The notes beneath the pieces are model-generated. The model saw only the letters and a program-made list of their open reading frames with translations. It was not told where the DNA came from and made no database searches. Positions 10,645 through 18,925 of a DNA stretch of 64,000 nucleotides are shown here, piece after piece; positions within the stretch are counted from its first letter, which is position 1, and each line of letters starts with the position of its first letter. Position numbers and translations under genes: made by a program. Origin of the DNA: Candidatus Dadabacteria bacterium (GTDB taxonomy: Bacteria; Desulfobacterota_D; UBA1144; Nemesobacterales; UBA2774); contig JADLGH010000094.1 in the NCBI GenBank assembly GCA_020849425.1, forward strand, positions 5,854-69,853. Reading direction: 5' to 3'.

Positions 10645-11628
10645 CTACGGGCCCGCTTCGACGGGCTTCGTTTTAAGGAGCGACACGACAACGCCTCCAG
10701 CGAGGAGGACGAGCGTCACGGCCAGCGACACCAGCGGGTCCACCTTGCCGACGAAGTGGCTCCAGAAGATCTTCCCCCCGATGAAAATCAGCACCGCCGA
10801 CAAGGCGTACTTCAGGTAAATGAACCTGCTCACCATCGCCGCGAGGGCGAAATAAAGCGCCCTGAGGCCCAGTATAGCAAATATATTGCTGGTATATACT
10901 ATATATGTATCGGTGGTAATCGCGAAAATCGCCGGTATCGAATCCACGGCGAAGACTATGTCCGCCCCCTCGACCATTATCAGCGCCAGGAAAAGCGGCG
11001 TCGCGAGCCGGGCGGCCTTGCCGTTAACGGGGTTCTTCTCGGTCACGAAGAACTTCTCGCCGTGGAGCCTGTCGGTAACGGCTATGCGATTCCTGAGGAA
11101 TTTGAGGAACGCGTTGTCCGCCATGTCGGGGTCGTGGTCGGCCGAAAACAGCATCTTTATTCCGGTGAGCACGAGAAAGCCGCCGAATATGAAGAGTATC
11201 CACTCGAACCTCTCGACCAGCGTCGCACCGACGCCGATCATTATCGCGCGGAGGACGATCACCCCCAGAATCCCCCAGAAAAGCACCCTGTGCTGGTAGA
11301 GGCGGGGTATCCCGAAGTACGAGAATATGAGCGATATGACGAAGATATTGTCCATCGAGAGGCTCTTCTCGACGAAATATCCAGTGAGGTAATTTATCCC
11401 CGACACCTTGCCCATGGACCACCACACCCATGCGCCGAAAATGAGCGCGATCATAATATATCCCGCGCTCAGGACGAGGCTCTCCTTTATCGAAATCTCG
11501 CGCCTCTCCTTGTGGAGCACGCCGAGGTCGAGCGCGAGAAGCGTCAGCACCAGGACCAGGAAGAGAATCCACATCCAGAGGTCTTTGCCCATTACATCGA
11601 CCGTTAAAGCTCCTGCCAGAAGTTCCAT
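10645..11628 (-). CDS. TerC/Alx family integral membrane protein
   Basis: 327 aa polytopic membrane protein with TerC-type motifs (EKSLSMDNIFVI, VEGADIVFAVDSIPA). Confidence 0.8.
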   Translation of the reverse strand: MELLAGALTVDVMGKDLWMWILFLVLVLTLLALDLGVLHKERREISIKESLVLSAGYIMIALIFGAWVWWSMGKVSGINYLTGYFVEKSLSMDNIFVISLIFSYFGIPRLYQHRVLFWGILGVIVLRAIMIGVGATLVERFEWILFIFGGFLVLTGIKMLFSADHDPDMADNAFLKFLRNRIAVTDRLHGEKFFVTEKNPVNGKAARLATPLFLALIMVEGADIVFAVDSIPAIFAITTDTYIVYTSNIFAILGLRALYFALAAMVSRFIYLKYALSAVLIFIGGKIFWSHFVGKVDPLVSLAVTLVLLAGGVVVSLLKTKPVEAGP

Positions 11629-11884
11629 CCGTGTATCGTCTCCGTTTATCGATTATTGCCCGCGCCGGGCCTGCAGCATGGCCGCTCGAACTCACGGGCT
11701 CGTTTTCGGGGGCACGCGCAAAGCGGCGCATGCCCGGGCAAGGGGTATGCGTCAAAAAACCGGTAAATATGATACATGTTTCCGGATACAAAGTAACCAC
11801 AAATTTAAGCGTGAAGATGCGCCCGGTCGCCGTGTCGTGCTATAATCTTTTCACGAACTTCTGGACCTGTGGAGACACCGCCTT

Positions 11885-13153
11885 TTGGCATCATTCAGCT
11901 TTATACACACGGCCGACATTCACCTCGACAGCCCCCTGAGGGGGCTCGAAGGCATGGAAGGCCCTGCGGTCGAGCGCATTCGGACGGCGACGCGCAAGGC
12001 CTTCGCGGGCCTCGTTACAGAGGCCCTGGAAAGAGAGGTGGACTTCGTCGTCATAGCGGGCGACCTATACGACGGCGACTGGAGGGATTACCGGACGGGC
12101 CTTTTCTTCGTGGCCCAGATGGGCCGCCTCGCCGGCGCGGGGATCCCGGTCTACGTTCTTTACGGCAACCACGACGCCGAAAGCCGGATTACGAGGCGGC
12201 TGACACTTCCCGATAACGTGAAAGTATTTTCGGCGAAAAAGCCCGAGACGTTCGTGCTCGAAGACATAGGCGCGGCCCTCCACGGCCAGGGTTACCACAC
12301 GCGGGACGTTACGGAGAACCTCGCCGCCTCTTACCCCGACCCCGTCCCCGGGGCGTTTAACATCGGCGTTCTGCATACGGGGATGGGAGGCATGGGCGGG
12401 CACGAAAACTACGCGCCGTGCGCCGTCGCCGAGCTCGTCGCCCGGGGGTACGACTACTGGGCGCTCGGCCACGTGCACCAGGGGAGCGTAGTCCACGAAA
12501 GGCCCCACATAGTGTTCCCCGGCAATATCCAGGGACGTCACATACGCGAGACGGGCCCCAAGGGCGGTTATTTGATAACCGTCGCGGACAACGAAATAAC
12601 CTCGTTCGAGCCGCTCCGGACGGACGTCGTACGCTGGGAGATTTTGAGGGTGAACGTCGAGGGCTGCGAGCGGATGTCCGACGCCGCCGAGCGCGTGAGG
12701 GGCCAGATAGAAGAAGCGATAAACAGCCGGGCCGACGGCCGCATGCTCGCGTGCCGTATAGAGCTAGGCGGCGCGGCGGCGATACACGAGAGCCTCCTCG
12801 TATCCGGGGAGCACATCCTGGCCGATGCGCGCGCCGTGGCGCACGGGTTCGGCGAGGAGGCCGCGTGGATAGAGCGCGTCGTCGTATCCACCGAGCCCCT
12901 TCGCGGCGAGGACGCGGACGCCGGGGAAATCCCCGGCGACCTCCACGACATACTGGGCGCCGCCGCGGCGGACACCGACCTCCATAAGCTCCTCAGGGCC
13001 GATCTCGGCGATATGATATCGAAGCTCCCGGCCGACCTCAGAAACAGCGTGGACGACGCCGTTTTGAGCGCCGCCCTCGGGGCCGACTATTCCGCGCTCG
13101 CGGAGCACGCACGCGAATACCTGAGCGCACTACTCAAGGCGAGGAAAGACTGA
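11885..13153 (+). CDS. SbcD/Mre11-type metallophosphoesterase (YhaO-like DNA repair exonuclease)
   Basis: Calcineurin-like phosphoesterase motifs IHTADIHLD, GDLYD, GNHD and GHVH. TTG start. Immediately precedes the SbcC-like ATPase. Confidence 0.8.
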   Translation: MASFSFIHTADIHLDSPLRGLEGMEGPAVERIRTATRKAFAGLVTEALEREVDFVVIAGDLYDGDWRDYRTGLFFVAQMGRLAGAGIPVYVLYGNHDAESRITRRLTLPDNVKVFSAKKPETFVLEDIGAALHGQGYHTRDVTENLAASYPDPVPGAFNIGVLHTGMGGMGGHENYAPCAVAELVARGYDYWALGHVHQGSVVHERPHIVFPGNIQGRHIRETGPKGGYLITVADNEITSFEPLRTDVVRWEILRVNVEGCERMSDAAERVRGQIEEAINSRADGRMLACRIELGGAAAIHESLLVSGEHILADARAVAHGFGEEAAWIERVVVSTEPLRGEDADAGEIPGDLHDILGAAAADTDLHKLLRADLGDMISKLPADLRNSVDDAVLSAALGADYSALAEHAREYLSALLKARKD

Positions 13154-13156
13154 GCC

Positions 13157-16100
13157 ATGCGCATACGGCGACTCGACCTCATAGGTTTCGGCTGCTTCAC
13201 CGGCAAGGCCATCGATCTCCCTCACGGAGATACGGACATCCACATACTGTTCGGCCCGAACGAGGCCGGGAAATCGACGGCGCTCCTCGCCATAGAAAAC
13301 CTCCTTTTCGGAATCGACAAGAGCTCGCCCTACAACTTCATTCACGACTATAAAGACATGCGGATAGGGGCGGTGCTCGAAAACGGCTCCGAGCGGCTCG
13401 AAGTACGAAGACGGAAGGGAAACAAGGACACGCTGCTCACGCCGAAGGAGGTTCCCGTAAGGGGAGGGGAGGGGGCCCTCGCGCCTTACCTCGGCGGGGC
13501 GGACGAGGAATTTTTCAGGCGGATGTTCAGCCTCGATCACAGGCGGCTCCGCGAAGGCGGGAGAGAAATCCTGGATTCTCAAGACGAGGCAGGACAGGTG
13601 CTCTTCTCCGCAGGGACGGGGCTTTCGGGGCTCAGGAAAAAGCTGGAAGAGCTGAAGGCCGACGCCGATTCCCTCTGGGGCCCGAGAAGGGCGGCGCACA
13701 GGGAATACTACAAGGCCCAGGCGCGGCTCGAGGAAGCCGAGAGGGCCGTACGCGAGCATACGGTCACGGCGGCCAGGTGGGAGGAGCTGAGGCAGGCATA
13801 CGACGAGGCGCGAAAGAGCTACGCCGGGCTCGACGAAGAGAGAAAAAAGATATCGCACGAGCTTACGAAGCTGAACAGGATCCGCCGTGTTTACGCCGAC
13901 GCGGCGAAGCTCCTCGATACCGAAAGGGAGATTACAAACTTCCGCGGCATCATAAAGCTCCCCGAGGACGCACTCGAACGTTTCGACAAAGCGGAACGCG
14001 AGCTCGAAAAGTCGTCACGACTGACGGAGGCTTTCGAGCTCCAGGTAAAGGAAGCCGGGGCCGAGCTCGAAGGGATGAAATTCGACGAGCAGCTCCTCCT
14101 CTGTGAGAACATAATTCTGTCGTTCCGCGACCGCCGGATAGAGGTGAGAAATGAGAAGGACGATCTCCCCAAACGCGAGGAAGAGTTAGCCATTGAAGAA
14201 GCCGATTTCAGGAGGCTAGCCGGCGAGGCAGGATGGGACGGTGGAAACGTCGAGGAGCTTATAAACCGTTTGCCTGCGAGATCTAAGATCAATGCCGCAA
14301 GAGAACTGCGACAACACCACGTAGAAACGCTCGCTACGGTCTCCGGCGCGAAAAAAGCTCTCGAAGAGGCCGAATCGCAGGCCGCCGGCATAGCCCGCGA
14401 AATGACCGGCATTGGCGAGCCCCGGGACGCGTCGAGCCTCGAAGCCGTCGTAAAGGCAGCCCGGGCGGGCGGCGATACGGCCTCTCGGATCCAGGCGGCG
14501 GAGCTGGAGCTTAGCGCCGCGAGCGGTGCCGTCGAGCGCCGTCTGAAGTCCCTCAATCCACCTACCGGAGACGCAGACGTTTCGACGATTCCCGCACCTC
14601 CGCGCGAAGCTGTATTAAAGCACCAGAACGACAGGAACGCCCTCGACCGCAGGATCAAGGAGTGCGCCGATAATCTAAGGAGCACAGAGCGGGATATCGG
14701 GCAGTACAAGAGCGCCCGCGACCGGCTCGCCGGGGAAGGAAACGCCGTCTCGCCCGGGGAGCTGGCAGAGGCCCGCGCGCGAAGGGACGCCGGATGGGAG
14801 CTCGTGAAGCGGTACTACGTAGACGGCGGCCCGGTGCCGGAGGCCGAAATAACCGCCTTCACGGGCGAGCGGAGGGATATCCCCTCGGTGTACGAAGAGG
14901 CCGTCTCGGAGGCCGACAGAATAGCCGACAGCAGGTTCGATAACGCGCAGTCGACCGCCGAGATAGTCACGATATCTGGGCATATCGACGACAGGAAAAA
15001 GGAGCTTGAAAGACTCCGCGAAGAGGAGAGGTCGCTCACCGCCGAATCCGGGGCCCTCGATGAGGCGTGGAAGAAGATATGGGAAGGAGCGCCTTTCGAG
15101 CCGTTGCCGCCGGAGTCGATGCTCGTGTGGCTCGACGACAGAAACGAAATAACGAGGCTCACGGAGGAGCGCGAGGCGGCGGAGCGCAGGCTCGAGGCGC
15201 TCCGGAAAAAAGAAGCGGAGACGAAGGCCCTCATACTCGGCGAGCTTTCGCGGCTCGGCGTCGATACGGGAACGCTCGAAGGCAAGCCTCTTGGCGTCGT
15301 TATAGAAGCGGCGACCGATGTGCTCGCGAACCTCCGGGAAGACGCGATCAAGAGAAAGGGGCTCGAAAACAGGCTCAGGGAAATGAAGGCCGAGGCCGAG
15401 CGTAAGCAGCGCGACCTTAAATCGGCTGAGGGAGAAAAGACGCACTGGGAAGCGAAATGGAAGGAAGCTGTCAGGGCGCTCGGTCTTACAGAAAGCGCCG
15501 GCGCGGCCGAGGCTGCATCCAGGCTCGACGCCATAGGAGAGATGAGGGAAAAGGCGGTCAAGATAAACGAGCTCCGTCACCAGCGCATCGAAAAGATTAA
15601 ACGCGACATCGAGAACCTGGCGCAGGACGTGAAAAAATTCGTGGATACCGCCGCGAAAGATCTCGCCGGTGAGAAAGATACAGAGAACGCCGTAATCGAG
15701 CTCGAGTGCCGTCTTACAGAAGCGAAACGCACGGACGAGCGGAGGAAGGAAAAAGAAAAGGACATAGCCCTGCTCGAACGAAAAATAAAAGAGGCCGGAG
15801 ACTCGACCGCGGCGGCGCATGAAACTATAAACTTCCTTCAGAAGTCGGCCCGGGTGGACGACACGGTCCGACTAAGAGAGGCTATACTGAAATCCGACAG
15901 GCTGAGGGAGCTCGAAAACGAAAAGCGGAGCCTCACGGACAGGCTCGTCCGGGACGGCGACGGGCTCACGCTCGAAGAGCTCGTAAAAGAATGCCGCGAG
16001 GCGGACATCGCCAGCGTCAGGAACCTTATCGAAGAGCTGGAGGAGCGCAGGAATTCACTTGATGAAAATATCAAAGAGGCCGCAGGGGAGCTGTCCCGCA

Positions 16101-16681
16101 GAAAAGACGAATTCGAAGCCGTCGGCGGCGACGACCGCGCCGCCGAAGCCGCGGCCCGGAAGGAATCCGCGATCGCCGAAATGGCGCACATCACTGAGCG
16201 TTACGTCAGGATACGCTCGGCCGCGACGATGCTCGAATGGGCCATAGAGCGGTACAGGAAGGAAAACCAGGACCCGATGATAAACCGCGCGTCCGGACAT
16301 TTCGCAGCGCTTACGAACGGCTCGTTCGGCGGCCTCGACACCGAGATCGACGAGCGCGACAGGGTTCAGATCATCGGGCTCAGGCCGGGCGGAGAGAGGG
16401 TCGGGATCCCGGGCATGAGCGACGGCACGGCCGACCAGCTTTACCTGGCGCTTCGTATAGCCGCCATTGAGGACTACCTCGAAAGATCGAACGCGCTCCC
16501 GTTCGTCGCAGACGATCTCTTCATCAACTTCGACGACATGCGCTCGGCCGCCGGGCTGAAGCTCCTCGGCGGGCTGTCGCGAAAGACGCAGGTCCTTTTC
16601 TTCACACATCACGCACATCTCGTCGAGCTTGCACGGCAAACGCTGGGCGAATCTTTAAACATCGTATCACTTCGGGAATGA
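13157..16681 (+). CDS. SbcC/Rad50-like AAA ATPase with long coiled coil (YhaN-like)
   Basis: 1174 aa. N-terminal Walker A GPNEAGKST, about 900 aa of E/K/R/L-rich coiled coil, a C-terminal signature-like MSDGTADQLYLALRIA and Walker B PFVADDLFINFDD. Confidence 0.8.
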   Translation: MRIRRLDLIGFGCFTGKAIDLPHGDTDIHILFGPNEAGKSTALLAIENLLFGIDKSSPYNFIHDYKDMRIGAVLENGSERLEVRRRKGNKDTLLTPKEVPVRGGEGALAPYLGGADEEFFRRMFSLDHRRLREGGREILDSQDEAGQVLFSAGTGLSGLRKKLEELKADADSLWGPRRAAHREYYKAQARLEEAERAVREHTVTAARWEELRQAYDEARKSYAGLDEERKKISHELTKLNRIRRVYADAAKLLDTEREITNFRGIIKLPEDALERFDKAERELEKSSRLTEAFELQVKEAGAELEGMKFDEQLLLCENIILSFRDRRIEVRNEKDDLPKREEELAIEEADFRRLAGEAGWDGGNVEELINRLPARSKINAARELRQHHVETLATVSGAKKALEEAESQAAGIAREMTGIGEPRDASSLEAVVKAARAGGDTASRIQAAELELSAASGAVERRLKSLNPPTGDADVSTIPAPPREAVLKHQNDRNALDRRIKECADNLRSTERDIGQYKSARDRLAGEGNAVSPGELAEARARRDAGWELVKRYYVDGGPVPEAEITAFTGERRDIPSVYEEAVSEADRIADSRFDNAQSTAEIVTISGHIDDRKKELERLREEERSLTAESGALDEAWKKIWEGAPFEPLPPESMLVWLDDRNEITRLTEEREAAERRLEALRKKEAETKALILGELSRLGVDTGTLEGKPLGVVIEAATDVLANLREDAIKRKGLENRLREMKAEAERKQRDLKSAEGEKTHWEAKWKEAVRALGLTESAGAAEAASRLDAIGEMREKAVKINELRHQRIEKIKRDIENLAQDVKKFVDTAAKDLAGEKDTENAVIELECRLTEAKRTDERRKEKEKDIALLERKIKEAGDSTAAAHETINFLQKSARVDDTVRLREAILKSDRLRELENEKRSLTDRLVRDGDGLTLEELVKECREADIASVRNLIEELEERRNSLDENIKEAAGELSRRKDEFEAVGGDDRAAEAAARKESAIAEMAHITERYVRIRSAATMLEWAIERYRKENQDPMINRASGHFAALTNGSFGGLDTEIDERDRVQIIGLRPGGERVGIPGMSDGTADQLYLALRIAAIEDYLERSNALPFVADDLFINFDDMRSAAGLKLLGGLSRKTQVLFFTHHAHLVELARQTLGESLNIVSLRE

Positions 16682-16721
16682 AGGATACCCCGTCATAATG
16701 CCAGGATGAGGATCGAGAGTA

Positions 16722-16740
16722 CCCGGCCTTCGGAACCGGG
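16722..16740 (+). terminator. weak GC hairpin about 40 nt after the yhaN-like stop
   Basis: CCCGG-ccttcggaa-CCGGG followed by AATTT. No proper U-tract, so this is only a candidate. Confidence 0.2.
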
Positions 16741-17076
16741 AATTTCCGCAGGCCGCCATAGCTACAGGCAGCCACAGGTTCAACGTCCGATAATATATAT
16801 TATGTTAACTTAGCAAAGGTGGTCTCTACAGCCCCGTTGTGACACGGGTCTTGTCTATTTCCAGGAATGAAAAACGGTCCGGGCTATTCCTTACTCTATT
16901 TAGGAGAACCCATTGGCAAAGTTGCCTGCTCCGCTCGTCCTCTTAAATCCATGCCCATTACAAAGCCGGATTTGCCGTTGCCGTCACAGACTCAAATACA
17001 CCTCAGGCCATAAAATAATGCCGCCGCAAAATGCAACCGTATATACCGATATCAATATCTGGAAGCTGTTCCTCAC

Positions 17077-17104
17077 CTTGAAATATCGCACGAAATATTT
17101 ATAT
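17077..17104 (+). promoter_or_regulatory. candidate sigma70-type promoter for the FmdB-family gene
   Basis: TTGAAA, 16-nt spacer, TATATT. The -10 element ends 39 nt upstream of ATG 17143. Confidence 0.35.
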
Positions 17105-17142
17105 TAAACCAAAAACCGAATAATCGTTAAGAGGTCACTGGT

Positions 17143-17502
17143 ATGCCGATATACGAGTACGAGTGCAAGAAATGCGGTAAAATAACCGAGGCCCTTCAGG
17201 GATTTAACGATCCGCCTTTAAAGAAGTGTAAGTATTGTAAAGGCAAGCTGGAAAAACTGATCTCACTCTCGTCGTTCCAGCTTCAGGGCACCGGATGGTA
17301 TTCCACCGACTACGCCAAGGGGCCCGGCATCCCGCCCCACGCGAATGACCTGGGCACACCGCCAAAAGACGGAGCCGAGACCAAGGACACGAAACCGGCG
17401 ACGGGCCTCCCGTCCGAAGCCGCGGCCGTATCCGGTGCGTCCACGGTAGACTCGATAAAAAAAGACACGGAAAAGGCCAAAACGAAGACCAAGAGCACCT
17501 GA
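17143..17502 (+). CDS. FmdB family zinc-ribbon protein
   Basis: N-terminus MPIYEYECKKCG...CKYCKG (two CxxC pairs) followed by a low-complexity tail. Confidence 0.8.
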   Translation: MPIYEYECKKCGKITEALQGFNDPPLKKCKYCKGKLEKLISLSSFQLQGTGWYSTDYAKGPGIPPHANDLGTPPKDGAETKDTKPATGLPSEAAAVSGASTVDSIKKDTEKAKTKTKST

Positions 17503-17590
17503 AGGTTGTATCGACTCGCCCTACCCGTGCTTAAAAAGTTAAAGCTAAATATTTAAAGCTGGAAATACCGACAAATATCCGAGTAATTAT

Positions 17591-18382
17591 ATGGACTTAC
17601 AGCTAAAAGATAAAGTGGCCATCGTGGCGGCGTCCAGCAAGGGGCTGGGACGGGCGATAGCCCTCGGGCTCGCCCGCGAAGGCGCGAGGCTCACAATATG
17701 CGCCCGCCGCGAGGACGTGCTCGAAGAGACGGCCCGGGAAATCAGGGATGAGACCTCGGCCGAGGTCCTCGCCATACCGGCCGACGTCTCCCAAACCGCC
17801 GACATACACAAGGTAGTCTCCGGCGCCCTCGATAAATATTCCACTATCGACATACTCGTCAACAACGCCGGCGGCCCTCCCGTGGGAGGCTTCCTCGACT
17901 TTTCGCTCGACGACTGGCGGAAGGCCGTCGAGCTTAATCTCTTCAGTACGGTGGCGTTCTCGCGCGAAGTGCTCCCCGTCATGAAAAACAACAACTGGGG
18001 CCGCATCATAAACATCACGTCCGTCGCCGTAAAGGAGCCCATAGACGGCCTCATCCTGTCTAACACCGTCCGCGCCGGGGTCACCGGGCTCGCCAAATCG
18101 CTGTCGAGGGAATTCGCCCGGTATAACATAACCGTGAACAACATCTGCCCGGGGAGGATACTCACGGACAGGATAATCCAGCTCGCGTCCATACGCGCAG
18201 GGAAGGAAGGCAGGACCGCGGAAGAGGCCCTCGAATCGATGGGGAGCGACATCCCCGTCGGAAGGATCGGGAGGCCCGAGGAGCTCGCGAGCCTTGCAGT
18301 GTTCCTCGCCTCCGAGCGCGCGAGCTACATCACCGGGACGAGCATCCAGGTAGACGGCGGGCTCGTCAAGGGACTATTCTAA
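17591..18382 (+). CDS. SDR family oxidoreductase (FabG-like)
   Basis: 263 aa. Has VAIVAASSKGLGRAIA, NNAG and a typical SDR C-terminus (ITGTSIQVDGG). Confidence 0.8.
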   Translation: MDLQLKDKVAIVAASSKGLGRAIALGLAREGARLTICARREDVLEETAREIRDETSAEVLAIPADVSQTADIHKVVSGALDKYSTIDILVNNAGGPPVGGFLDFSLDDWRKAVELNLFSTVAFSREVLPVMKNNNWGRIINITSVAVKEPIDGLILSNTVRAGVTGLAKSLSREFARYNITVNNICPGRILTDRIIQLASIRAGKEGRTAEEALESMGSDIPVGRIGRPEELASLAVFLASERASYITGTSIQVDGGLVKGLF

Positions 18383-18400
18383 CCGCCGCCGGAGCACAAA

Positions 18401-18925
18401 ATGGCAGGCGAAAAGAACCGCCCCGGCGGCGCAAGAAATTCTATCCTGTACCTAGCGCTCCTCTGCCTCGTTTATTACCTGGCATCCGTTTACGGGGGAG
18501 ACGCCCCCTACCCTGTCCGGGAAGTTAAATCACCCGCCAATATCTACGTCGAGGTCGAGGATGAAGGCTCCGCCGCAGTCCGCGTCCTCAGGACCCCTTC
18601 CGAAGTCGGCGAATTCCGCGCCGCGTACGGAATCGAGAAAGAGATCGAAAGCGGCCTCAAAATAATCCTTAACGATGACAAGGCGCCTGGCTACGGCAGG
18701 ATAAGCGGCCCGAGGAGCATATCCCTCGGCGTACCGATAGGACTCAACTCCGCCGGGCCTTCGGACCTCGCGGCCCTTCCCGGCATAGGCGACGAGCTCG
18801 CCGGGCGTATAATCTCCTACAGGGAAGAAAACGGGGGGTTCACGTCGATTTCGGAGCTCATGGAAGTAAAGGGAATAGGCGATAAAAAGTTCGCCGCGGT
18901 AATCGGGCTCGTGAGCCTGGATTAA
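18401..18925 (+). CDS. comEA: ComEA family helix-hairpin-helix DNA-binding protein
   Basis: N-terminal TM segment and a C-terminal tandem HhH (LAALPGIGDELAGRIISYREENGGFTSISELMEVKGIGDKKF). Confidence 0.8.
   Translation: MAGEKNRPGGARNSILYLALLCLVYYLASVYGGDAPYPVREVKSPANIYVEVEDEGSAAVRVLRTPSEVGEFRAAYGIEKEIESGLKIILNDDKAPGYGRISGPRSISLGVPIGLNSAGPSDLAALPGIGDELAGRIISYREENGGFTSISELMEVKGIGDKKFAAVIGLVSLD

Noticed and set aside
11629-11884. Possible yybP-ykoY (Mn) riboswitch in the 5' leader of the TerC-family gene.
   Set aside because: I reverse-complemented the leader and could not find the conserved GGGGAGUAG or matching 3' elements of that motif. An Infernal scan would settle it.
12418-12987. Alternative-frame Arg-rich ORFs inside real genes. 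Examples: 12418-12987, 22151-22984, 31158-32036, 32546-33451, 35446-36132, 26063-26992.
   Set aside because: These are typical out-of-frame ORFs of GC-rich DNA, with poly-R/G/P composition and no motifs. The primary frames carry clear family signatures.
16700-16800. SRP-RNA-like fragments (GGAA, GCAGCCA) after the yhaN-like gene.
   Set aside because: Only short partial matches to the domain IV consensus. The symmetric and asymmetric loop sequence GGAAGCAGCCAAGGCAG is not present.
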